Shown here piece by piece: positions 47,631 to 56,452 of a stretch of 64,000 nucleotides of DNA. The position numbers and the translations under genes were made by a program. The notes under the pieces were generated by a model. The model worked only from the letters and a program-made list of their open reading frames with translations. It had not been told where the DNA came from and searched no databases. Source of the DNA: Chloroflexota bacterium (GTDB lineage: Bacteria; Chloroflexota; UBA11872). The first letter of the stretch is position 1; each line of letters begins with the position of its first letter. The stretch spans positions 826,129-890,128 of the forward strand of contig CBDBOH010000003.1 of assembly GCA_965208215.1 (NCBI GenBank), given 5' to 3'.

Positions 47631-48491
47631 ATGCATAGCGGAGTCGTCGGACTGCTACCGTCCGATCCCCCGTCAATCACGGCGGCCGACGCCCAACGTG
47701 CCCGCGAACTGGGCTTCACCGGCTCCAGCGTGCAGCTCGGCCAGCCGGACACCTACGCGCTCGACGAGTTTCGGCGCGTCGGCGACCTGCTCAGCGCGGA
47801 GGGCCTGACCGTCGCGCAGGCCAACGGCCAGTACCCCTCGCTGATCTCGCTGGATCCCGCCGTTCGGCAGGCCGGAATCGACGGCATGCGGCGCCACATG
47901 CAGGCCGCCCACGCGCTCCGGGCCGAGACGCTCTACATCCGCCCGGGCGGCCTCAACCCCGTCGGCCCCTGGTACCCCCATCCCGACCATCACCAGGCCG
48001 CCGCCTTCGAGCGCGCCGTCGAGAGCATCGCCGTCATCGCGGAGGCCGCCGAGGCCGAGGGCATCACGCTGACGGTCGAGGGCCACGTCCTCTCGGTGCT
48101 GGACCGGCCGGAGCGCATCGCCGAGCTCTTCCGCCGGATTCCAACCCACGCCCTCGGCTTCAACCTGGACCCCGTGAACTTCATCGGCAGCATCTGGGAC
48201 GCCTGGAACCCGACGCCCGTTTACGAGCGTCTCCTGGAGGCGGCGTGCGGTCGCATCCCAGCGGCCCACTGGAAGGACTACACCCTCGAGGACCGCCTGG
48301 TGCTGCACATCGAGGAAGTCCCCCTCGGCCAGGGCGTCGTCGACCACGCCGCCTGGCTGAATTCGCTGAACGACATCGCCCCCCGCGCCTGGGTCCTCAT
48401 CGAACACCTCCCACCCGAACTCATCCCCGCAGCCAAGCGCGTCCTCGACGCGGCTATGGCGGAGGCGAACCTCGAGTGGGATCCCGTCTAG
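47631..48491 (+). CDS. sugar phosphate isomerase/epimerase (xylose-isomerase-like TIM barrel)
   Basis: ATG 47631 preceded by GGAG; the track ORF starts earlier at 47499. AP_endonuc_2 family pattern (LGFTGSSVQL..., LYIRPGG, ITLTVEGHV, VLIEHLPPE). Confidence 0.75.
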   Translation: MHSGVVGLLPSDPPSITAADAQRARELGFTGSSVQLGQPDTYALDEFRRVGDLLSAEGLTVAQANGQYPSLISLDPAVRQAGIDGMRRHMQAAHALRAETLYIRPGGLNPVGPWYPHPDHHQAAAFERAVESIAVIAEAAEAEGITLTVEGHVLSVLDRPERIAELFRRIPTHALGFNLDPVNFIGSIWDAWNPTPVYERLLEAACGRIPAAHWKDYTLEDRLVLHIEEVPLGQGVVDHAAWLNSLNDIAPRAWVLIEHLPPELIPAAKRVLDAAMAEANLEWDPV

Positions 48492-48592
48492 GCTCGGTCA
48501 GCAAAACTCGACAACGCCCCACCTGAGGCTCTCGAGAGGATCGGTGCCGGTCGACGCCGCCGAATAGGCCAATCCGGCGGGGGAAGGGGCAG

Positions 48593-48919
48593 TCACTCCT
48601 CGAAGCCGCGAACCCTGACTCGCTTGTTGGTGTCGGCGGTTGTGGTTTCGATTGACGCGACTCTCAGCGCAAGGACGTCCGTGACTGTCGTAAGCGTTGC
48701 GATGTCTGCTTTCACCGTGTCCATGTCTGTCTTCACCGTGTCCATGTCCGCCTTCACCATGTCCATGTCTGTCTTGAGTGTCGCTACGTCCGCCTTAAGC
48801 GTCGCCAGATCCGCTTCGACCAGAGCGAAGCGGCGATCCATGCGTTCCAGGATCCGCAGAATGCTATGGATCGATTCGTCGTCGGATTCCGCGCGTCGCT
48901 CAAGCCGCGTGACGCGCGT
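48593..48919 (-). CDS. small coiled-coil protein made of tandem heptads (ADLATLK/ADVATLK/TDMDMVK/ADMDTVK/TDMDTVK/ADIATLT); start codon unresolved
   Basis: The C-terminal about 108 aa of a 321-aa track ORF. Its 5' two-thirds overlaps the divergent SDR gene and is low-complexity, so the real start is probably near 48919 (no canonical ATG/GTG/TTG; ATT/GTC only). The heptads are encoded by 21-bp tandem DNA repeats. Confidence 0.4.
   Translation of the reverse strand, partial: TRVTRLERRAESDDESIHSILRILERMDRRFALVEADLATLKADVATLKTDMDMVKADMDTVKTDMDTVKADIATLTTVTDVLALRVASIETTTADTNKRVRVRGFEE
48700..48810. repeat. about five tandem 21-bp repeats (coding heptads)
   Basis: ATGTCTGCTTTCACCGTGTCC / ATGTCTGTCTTCACCGTGTCC / ATGTCCGCCTTCACCATGTCC / ATGTCTGTCTTGAGTGTCGCT / ACGTCCGCCTTAAGCGTCGCC. 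Confidence 0.7.
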
Positions 48920-49068
48920 TTCAATCGTAGGCGTAGCCAGGCGAGTCCCCCTTGTGAGAATAGGTGTGGTTCCCCGCCCTGCGTCAATTGTAGCGACCGG
49001 AACGAATCTCGTAGATTCCGACAGATGACCGACGTGACCGGCAGTCGGTCCGCCAAGAAACGGCGCGG

Positions 49069-49086
49069 ATGTTTCACGTGAAACAT
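49069..49086. promoter_or_regulatory. perfect 18-bp palindrome ATGTTTCACGTGAAACAT between the coiled-coil gene and the divergent SDR gene
   Basis: Read directly; it is its own reverse complement and has a CACGTG core. It lies 27 bp upstream of the SDR ATG (49113). Confidence 0.5.
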
Positions 49087-49112
49087 CGCAGCCGCCACGA
49101 GGACGCTGCCCA

Positions 49113-49859
49113 ATGACCACCGACTCGCTCCAGGACCGCGTCATCATCGTCACCGGCGGCGCATCCGGCATCGGTCGCGCCACCGTCGAAGTCTGCGCCC
49201 AGCGCGGCGCCCGCGTGGTGCTGGCCGACCTTCCGCAAAGCCAGGGCGCGGCTATTGCCGACAGCCTGTCGGCCGACGGCCACACCGTCCGCTTCGTCGC
49301 CTGCGACGTTTCCGATGAGTCCGACGTCGAAAACCTGCTCGCCGCCACGTCCGAGCTTGGCCGCCTCAACGTCCTCATCGCCTGCGCCGGCATCCTCCAG
49401 GGCGCCACGATTCCTATCGAGGACTTCGAGACCGCCACCTTCGATCGCGTCCTCGGCGTCAACGCCCGCGGCATGTTCCTCTGCGCCAAGCACGCGGTGC
49501 GCGCCATGGGCGAAGCCGGCGGCGTCATCCTGCTGCTGGCCTCCGGCGCTGGTGTCACCAGCGGCAGTTCGTCCTACGCCTACGGCACCAGCAAGGGCGC
49601 CGTGCACGGCCTGGGTTTGGTTATGCAAGGACGCATGGGGTACTACCCCATCCGGGTCAACACCGTGGCCCCGGGCAGCATCGCCACCGCCCTCAAGCTG
49701 CAAAACGTGATTGATGTCGGCCAGGCCGCCGGCGTCTCCGACGAAGAAATCCGCCGCCGCCACGCTGCACTCGGCGCCCCTATCGGCGTAGCTCGCGTCC
49801 TCGCCTTCCTGGCGTCCGACGAAGCCGACTACGTCCGCGGCACCGTCTTTACCCGCTAA
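49113..49859 (+). CDS. SDR-family oxidoreductase (classical short-chain dehydrogenase)
   Basis: TGGASGIGRAT, NAAG-like CAGI, and catalytic YAYGTSKGAV (YxxxK). Confidence 0.85.
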   Translation: MTTDSLQDRVIIVTGGASGIGRATVEVCAQRGARVVLADLPQSQGAAIADSLSADGHTVRFVACDVSDESDVENLLAATSELGRLNVLIACAGILQGATIPIEDFETATFDRVLGVNARGMFLCAKHAVRAMGEAGGVILLLASGAGVTSGSSSYAYGTSKGAVHGLGLVMQGRMGYYPIRVNTVAPGSIATALKLQNVIDVGQAAGVSDEEIRRRHAALGAPIGVARVLAFLASDEADYVRGTVFTR

Positions 49860-50090
49860 TCGGGACGGACCGCGCCCGATTCCTCGCTGGCCTACCGTGC
49901 CCGCGTCCATCCCGTAGGGGTGCCCCTTGTGGGTACCCTCTTCGCCTTCCGGCCCCGAGCACAGGTACTGACCACGTTGGCCGATCAATCGGTTGCCTTG
50001 GCTCCGGAGTTAGTCCTTTCGGCCGGTGCCAATACCGCGCGCATGGTGCATCATTAATCCGACTTGACGTATCCCTGCTGCACGCAAGCC

Positions 50091-51638
50091 ATGAAGCTAG
50101 ACTCGCGCTCCGCCGTCACAGTCTCGCGCCGCTCGCTGCTCCGAAACGCCGGCTGGGCCGCCATCGGCGCATCGGCCGCCGCCGTGCTGGCCGCCTGCGG
50201 CGATCCGGAGTTGCCCAAACCGCCGCCGGCCTCGGGCCGAACCGCCGCATCCCGGTCGCAGCCCGTCACACCCGTCGTCGCCGTCAACGAACGCGAGGCC
50301 ACGCCGCAGCCCGGCGCCCCGATCACGATCGGCGTCCCCACCGGCAATCCGCTCTTCGACCAAGTAAGCCTGCGCGTCACCGGCCTGGCCGCCGACGCCA
50401 AGCGCACCGCCGAGGCCCCCGGCGATCTGAGTGTCGTCCAGTTCGAGCAGGCCCTCAGCTTCAATGCGGCGGAGATCGCCACCGCGGTCGAGGCCCTGTT
50501 GGCCAGCCACCCGCAGCTCGATGCGGTGTTGCTCTTGAACGCCGACCTGGCCCTGCTGCTGGCCGCCCGCGGGCATGTAGCTGCGGTCAACAGCCCCGCC
50601 GCGTCTGCGGCCGGCTTCAACTCGGCCGACTTCCTGCCCTCCGCCATCGACGCGCTCACCTGGGACGGCGACCTCTTCGGGATTCCGCTCTGGACGTCCG
50701 TCAACCTACTGCAGTGCAACCCGGAACTCCTTGAAGACGCCGGCGTCGATTTGGAAGGCCTGCGCGACTGGGACTGGGACCAGTTCCGGGACACCGCCCG
50801 CCGGCTGATGCTGGTGGATGCCGCCGGCAATCCCTCGCAGTGGGGACTCTGGATTCCACCGACCATGCTGCCCAGTCAGCAATGGATCTGGCAGAACGGC
50901 GGCTCGGTCGTCGACCTGGAGGCGCGCCAGGCGGCCCTTGACACCACCGCCGCCCTGGAGGCCGTGCAGTTCCTGCGCGACCTGGCCAACGACGACGTAA
51001 GCCCGAAGTTCGAGCCCGACGCGTCCGGTGAGGGTGCCGTGGCCGTGCAGATCACCGACGGCCGGATGACTATCCAGGGCGCGCCGATCGCCATGTCCGG
51101 CACCCCCATCGGCGGCCTCCTTGGCGGACTCTTCGGCGGCGGCTCCATCGGCAACCCGTTTGGCGGCGGCGTCCTGCTCGCCCCGCCCCGCGGGCGCGTC
51201 GCGGCTGTCGAAGCGGAAGTGTTCGGCGTCCTGAGTCTGCTCACCTCCAGCCCCAACCCGGACGCCGCGTTCCGGACCTTGGATTGGGTGGCGGCCCAGA
51301 TTGCTCCAGCGGCCACCGTGCCCGCGCGCGGGGCTTCGGCCGAACAGCTGCGCGGTCAGGGCGGTTACGGTGACGCCGACGCCGGGGCCATCATGCAAGC
51401 GATTGAGGCCGCCCGCGCAATCCCGGGACCCTACGCCTCGCCGATCAAGGACGCCCTGCTGAAGCACGTGGACGGCCCAATGACCCTGGGCCAGGCGGAC
51501 CCGGCCGATGCGCTCACGGCTGCCGCCGCCGCCATCGACGATCTCCTCGAGCAAAGCGCGGAGGCGGCGCTGTCCCAAACCGCCGGCGCCGGCATCCAGA
51601 TAGGCACCAGTAGCACCACCCAGGTCCGCGGCGGCTGA
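50091..51638 (+). CDS. ABC-transporter extracellular solute-binding lipoprotein (family 1, sugar-type), orphan, paralog 1
   Basis: Tat plus lipobox signal MKLDSRSAVTVSRRSLLRNAGWAAIGASAAAVLAAC. SBP_bac_1-type blocks (DGDLFGIPLWTSVNLLQCNPELLEDAGVDLEGLRDWDWDQFRDTARRL, WIWQNGG, LEAVQFLRDL). Confidence 0.7.
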   Translation: MKLDSRSAVTVSRRSLLRNAGWAAIGASAAAVLAACGDPELPKPPPASGRTAASRSQPVTPVVAVNEREATPQPGAPITIGVPTGNPLFDQVSLRVTGLAADAKRTAEAPGDLSVVQFEQALSFNAAEIATAVEALLASHPQLDAVLLLNADLALLLAARGHVAAVNSPAASAAGFNSADFLPSAIDALTWDGDLFGIPLWTSVNLLQCNPELLEDAGVDLEGLRDWDWDQFRDTARRLMLVDAAGNPSQWGLWIPPTMLPSQQWIWQNGGSVVDLEARQAALDTTAALEAVQFLRDLANDDVSPKFEPDASGEGAVAVQITDGRMTIQGAPIAMSGTPIGGLLGGLFGGGSIGNPFGGGVLLAPPRGRVAAVEAEVFGVLSLLTSSPNPDAAFRTLDWVAAQIAPAATVPARGASAEQLRGQGGYGDADAGAIMQAIEAARAIPGPYASPIKDALLKHVDGPMTLGQADPADALTAAAAAIDDLLEQSAEAALSQTAGAGIQIGTSSTTQVRGG

Positions 51639-51906
51639 CCCAGCCACTCCACGAATACATCCGCGGGGTGGTCGTCATCCGCGCGGCATCACGACGGGCA
51701 AGCCAGTTCCCGAAACTCCTCGGCCGCCTCGAGTAGCCCTTTCGATCTAACCCGTTCGACCTAGTGGCTGTCCGAAAAATATAGAGATTGGCCGATGGCG
51801 AGGCGCGCGCCGCCAGACAACCTTTTGCGTGGTAGTTCCATGCCGCGGAGTACGAATCGTGTCCGGCCAATCCACACCGTCCCGCCTGAACCCGCGCTCG
51901 CGCCTC

Positions 51907-53400
51907 ATGGCTCGCCGCACGCTGTTGCGCGGCCTAGGTTGCGGTGCGCTGGGCGCTTCCGCCGCCGCCCTCCTGGCCGCCTGCGGCGATCCCGAACTGC
52001 CCGAGCCGCCGGCGCTCGCGGGTCGGGCCGCCTCGTTGGGCTCCCAGCCGGTTACCCCCGTGGTCGCCGTCCGGGAACACACCGCACAACCCCGGCCCGC
52101 GTCCCCGGTCACCATCGGAATCCCCATCGGAAACCCGCTCTTCGACCCGGTGGCGCTGAGGATCGCCGGGCTCGCCGCCGACTCCACGCAGTCCGCCGAG
52201 GCGCCCGCCGAGCTTCGGATCGTGCAGATAGAACAAGCCCGCGACTTTGACCCGTATCACCCACAAGAGGTCGCGGCCGCGGTCGAGGCCACCCTGCCCA
52301 ACCATCCCCAACTCGACGCGCTGCTGGTACTGGACCCTGGCATCGCCCTCACGCTCGCGGAGGGCGGCCACCTGGCGCCCGTCAACGGTCCCGCCGCATC
52401 CACCCCCGGCTTCAGCGCGGACGATTTTCTTCCCTCCGCAATCGGCCCGTTGACCGCCGACGGCAACCTGTTCGGGCTGCCGCTCTGGATGAGCGTCAAC
52501 ATGCTCCGCTACACCCCCGGCCACTTCGTTGATACGGGCGTTAATCCCGAAGACCTGCGCGACTGGGACTGGGAGCAGTACCGGGAGACCGCTCGCCGTC
52601 TCACCCGGGTCGATGCCGCCGGTCAGCCAGAGCGCTGGGGAACGTTCGCGCCACCGGGATTGATGCCTGGCCACCAGTGGATCTGGCAGAACGGCGGCTC
52701 GATCGCGAACCTGGACGCTCGTCGGGCCACCCTGGACACCACCACGGCCCTGGAGGCCGTGGAGTTCCTGCACGATCTCGGCAACGACGGCATCGGTCCC
52801 CGGCCCGAACTTGATTCCGGGGCAGTCTCGATCACGATTTCCCACGACAGCGCTGAAATGCTGGTCCAAGGCGCCCCGGTGGCCATGCTCGGCGCGCCGG
52901 TCGGCGGGCTGTTCGGCGGGCTGTTTGGCAACGAACTCAGCGCCGGCGGCCTCTTGGCGCCGCCGCGTCAGCGACAGTCGGCGTCCGATTCGATGATCTT
53001 CGGCGTGCTGACCCTGCTCAGTGCCAGCGACAACCCCGACGCCACATTCCGAACACTGGACTGGATTGCCGCCCGGATCGCCCCGGTGGCGACCGTCCCC
53101 GCGCGCGGAGCGTCCGCGGCGCAGCTGCAACTCCAGGGCGGCTACAGCGCCGCGGACGCCGGCGCCGTCATGCAGGCCGTCGACTCGGCCCAGGCGCTCA
53201 ATGGACCCTACGCGCCGGGCATCAGAGCGGCCATGTTCCACCGCGTCGATCTTCCTATCGCCTCGGGCCAGGCGGACCCCGCCGCCGCGCTGGCCGCCGC
53301 GCAACAGGCCATCGACGAGCTGCTTCGGCAGAGCCCGGCGGACGCTCTGAAGCACGCCGGGGAGCCATCGGAGTCCGAAAGCTCCGAGCGGGGAACCTAG
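51907..53400 (+). CDS. ABC-transporter solute-binding lipoprotein, orphan, paralog 2 (about 65% identical tandem duplicate)
   Basis: MARRTLLRGLGCGALGASAAALLAAC signal and the same blocks (DGNLFGLPLWMSVNMLRYTPGHFVDTGVNPEDLRDWDWEQYRETARRL). No permease or ATPase genes follow either copy. Confidence 0.7.
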   Translation: MARRTLLRGLGCGALGASAAALLAACGDPELPEPPALAGRAASLGSQPVTPVVAVREHTAQPRPASPVTIGIPIGNPLFDPVALRIAGLAADSTQSAEAPAELRIVQIEQARDFDPYHPQEVAAAVEATLPNHPQLDALLVLDPGIALTLAEGGHLAPVNGPAASTPGFSADDFLPSAIGPLTADGNLFGLPLWMSVNMLRYTPGHFVDTGVNPEDLRDWDWEQYRETARRLTRVDAAGQPERWGTFAPPGLMPGHQWIWQNGGSIANLDARRATLDTTTALEAVEFLHDLGNDGIGPRPELDSGAVSITISHDSAEMLVQGAPVAMLGAPVGGLFGGLFGNELSAGGLLAPPRQRQSASDSMIFGVLTLLSASDNPDATFRTLDWIAARIAPVATVPARGASAAQLQLQGGYSAADAGAVMQAVDSAQALNGPYAPGIRAAMFHRVDLPIASGQADPAAALAAAQQAIDELLRQSPADALKHAGEPSESESSERGT

Positions 53401-53431
53401 CGGAAGGGAGCCTCTGCCACGGGCCGACCGC

Positions 53432-54391
53432 TCACGGCCGGTAGGCCAGATCCGGAAACTCCTCCTCCGCCGCGCGCACGAACCCCTCCCAGCCCTTGCG
53501 TGACACGGGCAGGTAGGGCCGGCGCGTTTCCCAACTCGTCTCCACCAGGAACGGCGAGGCCGCCGACATGGCCTTGCCGATGATGCCGTGCAGGTTCCCG
53601 TCTTCCACCAGGTGGCGCTTCGCGATGCCGCCAAAGGCGTGCAGCCGCTCGTTGCGCCGCGCCGCCGCGTCCCAGTCGCCGCGCTCGATCTCGTCCCACC
53701 AGTCCAGCATGAACGTCGGGTTGTACCCCGCCATCCACGAGTAGTTGCCGCGGGCGCCGTGCATCGCGAACGCCGTCAGCACGTGCTCGCCGGCAAAGCA
53801 GCTCAGCTCCGGCGCCTGCCGCCGCACGTCCATGAAGCCGTCCACGCCTGCCTGCACGTACTTCGCCCCGATCAGCTTCGGAAACTTCGCGGCCAGCGCC
53901 CTGTACTCCGCGCCGCCCAGCACGTGCGGTTGCCGCGGCGTGTTGTATTGGATCAGGCCGAAGTCGTCGGGAACCGCCTCCGATACGTCCTCCCAGAATC
54001 GGTCAAAGGAAGCCGGCGTCATCGGCATGAACACCGGATGTCCCACGTGCGCGCCCATCACCCCGCTGTCCGCCGCGATCCGCAGGCGGTCCACGGTGCC
54101 CTGCGTATTCAGCCAGGTCACCCCCGCCTGCGACGGCATGCCCACCTTGCGGCACTCGTCGCCAAACGCCTCCACCAGCGTGCGAAAGTCGTCCAGCTCG
54201 ATCGCGTAGAACTCCCCGTCGCTATCAGTCGTGTAGGCCCCGTGCAGCCCCGCGGCATGGCAACGCCGCACGTTCTCGCGCACCACCCCCGTGTCGATCC
54301 TGTCGTCCGCCGTAAACGGCGTCGTCAACGCAATCCAGATCCCATGCAGATTCCCCCGCGTCAACCCGCCCGCCATCTCCTCCCGCGCCAT
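53432..54391 (-). CDS. dihydrodipicolinate synthase/N-acetylneuraminate-lyase family (class I aldolase) protein
   Basis: HGIWIALTTPFTADDRIDTGVVRENVRRCHAAGLHGAYTTDSDGEF is the DHDPS-family N-terminal signature. Start around 54391 (MAREEMAGG...). Confidence 0.65.
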   Translation of the reverse strand: MAREEMAGGLTRGNLHGIWIALTTPFTADDRIDTGVVRENVRRCHAAGLHGAYTTDSDGEFYAIELDDFRTLVEAFGDECRKVGMPSQAGVTWLNTQGTVDRLRIAADSGVMGAHVGHPVFMPMTPASFDRFWEDVSEAVPDDFGLIQYNTPRQPHVLGGAEYRALAAKFPKLIGAKYVQAGVDGFMDVRRQAPELSCFAGEHVLTAFAMHGARGNYSWMAGYNPTFMLDWWDEIERGDWDAAARRNERLHAFGGIAKRHLVEDGNLHGIIGKAMSAASPFLVETSWETRRPYLPVSRKGWEGFVRAAEEEFPDLAYRP

Positions 54392-54611
54392 AACTCGACT
54401 CCCTGGTCCCGCACGCCAACGCTCCCGCCCATAGTGCGCCCGCCTTGCCACCTGCTGCCATACCGGACGTGGGAGCTAGTCTCGTCGGTTGCGTTCGGCA
54501 CAGGAATCTGACCCGTCGTGAGCCGGACGTCTTCCAGGTGGAATGATCGCCATCCTGACCGCGACCAGCTGCGGTCGGAGACTCGCTGCCGCCTCGGCCA
54601 CTCCTGCCCGG

Positions 54612-55375
54612 TCAGCCGACTCGCCAACGCAGGCGCCGCTCAACGAACCAGAGGACAACCACCGAAAGGCCGGCCAGCACACCCAGATCCAGCGCAAGCC
54701 GACCGCTGACAGGACCCAGCAGAACCTGGCGCAATGCCGATGCCGCATAGGTTGCCGGGCTCGCGTAGCCAGCCAGGTTTAGGGCCTCCGGCAGCCGCTC
54801 AGGGGGCACCAGCACCGGTCCCAGGCTCAGGAACAGTAGCGTCAACAGCAGGCTGACCGAGCCGGCCTCCTCGGGAGTCCGTGCCATCGACCCAACCAGG
54901 GCTCCGATACTCGCCAGCGGAATGGCGCACAGCGGCACCACCAGCAGCACCCAGGGGCTTGGCGCCAGTGCGACGCCCAGGATTCTCGAGCCGGCCGCAA
55001 TCGTGACGACAACCGCCGGAAGCGCCAGCAGCAGAAAGGCAACGACGGTTGCCACAATGAGCGCCGACTTGTAGACCGGCAGCGTGGCAACGAAGCGCAA
55101 GGTGCCCTTCGCCCGCATGTAGGCAAAGTTGCTCGACACCTTGTTCTGGTTCTCGAACATCAGCGCCAGGACCACGTTGCCGACCAGCACGTATTCGAGC
55201 GCCACGACCCCCGAGTCGCGGATGAGGATTCCGAGCATGGTGATGCTCAACAGCGGCGCCGCCATGCCCAGCACCACCATGCTGCGCCAGCCCCAGCGCC
55301 AATTCGCCAGTTGCACCAGCAGCAACTCGGCCAGTTGAAAGGCGAACGCCTGACGGCCGCGGCGATCAGTCACCC
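54612..55375 (-). CDS. ABC-2-type transporter permease
   Basis: GTG start overlaps the ATPase stop (GTGACTGA). Six TM helices with the ABC-2 pattern (FQLAELLLVQLANWRWGWRSMVVLGMAAPLL...). The track ORF is over-extended into the ATPase gene. Confidence 0.7.
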
Positions 55376-56322
55376 GCGCGCTCCGCGTAGTGGAGGTACA
55401 GGTCTTCAAGCGTGCAGGAATAGATCCGGAAGTCCTCGTAGCGTTCGAGGTCGAGGCGCTGTAGCACTTCAGAGAGTTGGTCCTTCGGTGCAAGAGCAAG
55501 CCATCGGCCTGAGGGCAGACGACGGAACCGGAGTCCCGCCCCGAGCGCCGGCGGATCCTCGGTGCCAGCGTCGAGTTCGAGCCGCACCTGCCGGTCCACG
55601 CGTCGCTTGAGCGAGGCGGGTTCCCCGATCGCGACGACGCGGCCGGCGCGAAGGATGGCCACCCGCTCGATGATCTTCTCGGCTTCCACGGCGTCGTGAG
55701 TGATGAAGATGACCGTGGTTCCCTGTTCCCGGTTGAGCTGACGAAGGTTCTTCCACACCAGCTGCCGGCGCTGGGGATCGAGATTGGCCGTCGGCTCGTC
55801 CAGGATGACGACGGGAGGAGTGGTAGCGGTCGCCAATGCCAGTTGCGCAAGGCGTAGCTGCCCGCCGGACAGGTGGCGACAGGGCCGGCGCCGGACCGCG
55901 GTCAGTTGCCAGAGGTCAATCAGCCGATCCCGCTCGTTTCGCGCCCCGGAACGGCTCTCGCCCCGCAAGCGAGCGGTGACGAATAGAAGCTCGCCAACGG
56001 TCAGGCTGTCGAGCACCGCGCCGTCCTGCGGCATGAAGCCGACGCGGGTTGTGACCGCAAATGGATCGTCGCCAACGGGTCGTCCGAAGAGGCGGATCGA
56101 GCCCGAGGTCGGCTGCAGCAGGTTGACCATTTGCCGCACCAGCGTGGTCTTGCCGGCGCCGTTGTCCCCCAAAATCCCGAAGATCTCGCCGCGACGGATG
56201 TCGAGCGAGATGCCGTCGTTCGCCCGTTCCTGTTGACCGGAGTAGACCATGACCACGTCGCGCACCTTGTACACGACGTCCTGCTCGCGGCTCAGATCTT
56301 GGCCGGTCAACTCACGCTCCAA
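55366..56322 (-). CDS. ABC transporter ATP-binding protein (ABC-2/DrrA-like exporter ATPase)
   Basis: Walker A GDNGAGKTTLVR, signature LSGGQLRLAQLALA, Walker B VVILDEPTANLD, H-loop ITHD. Confidence 0.85.
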   Translation of the reverse strand: MERELTGQDLSREQDVVYKVRDVVMVYSGQQERANDGISLDIRRGEIFGILGDNGAGKTTLVRQMVNLLQPTSGSIRLFGRPVGDDPFAVTTRVGFMPQDGAVLDSLTVGELLFVTARLRGESRSGARNERDRLIDLWQLTAVRRRPCRHLSGGQLRLAQLALATATTPPVVILDEPTANLDPQRRQLVWKNLRQLNREQGTTVIFITHDAVEAEKIIERVAILRAGRVVAIGEPASLKRRVDRQVRLELDAGTEDPPALGAGLRFRRLPSGRWLALAPKDQLSEVLQRLDLERYEDFRIYSCTLEDLYLHYAERAGD

Positions 56323-56452
56323 CTGGCCGTTGTCACGCCCACTGGAAACGTGGCGCTCAGGACAGCGTAACGGGCGGTTTCCGTCCAGACGGAGTCGAGC
56401 CGCCTAGAATGGCAGGCTGCCTTTCAGGACTTGGCCTCGCTGGCTCTTCCCC

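Noticed and set aside
49069-49116. 15-codon uORF (MFHVKHRSRHEDAAQ) created by the palindrome and ending in ATGA overlap with the SDR start
   Set aside because: It has no RBS and the same palindrome yields a mirror 'MFHVKH' ORF on the other strand. It is more likely a by-product of the ATG-containing palindrome than a real peptide. It is kept only as a note under the palindrome finding.
54612-55850. 412-aa ORF read as a single protein
   Set aside because: Its 5' 160 codons overlap the ABC ATPase gene in another frame and are low complexity. The real ABC-2 permease starts at the GTG overlapping the ATPase stop (around 55375).
56323-56452. T-box leader upstream of leuS
   Set aside because: The intergenic region is only about 130 bp and lacks the T-box consensus (AATTAGGGTGGTACCGCG-like) and the specifier-loop architecture.
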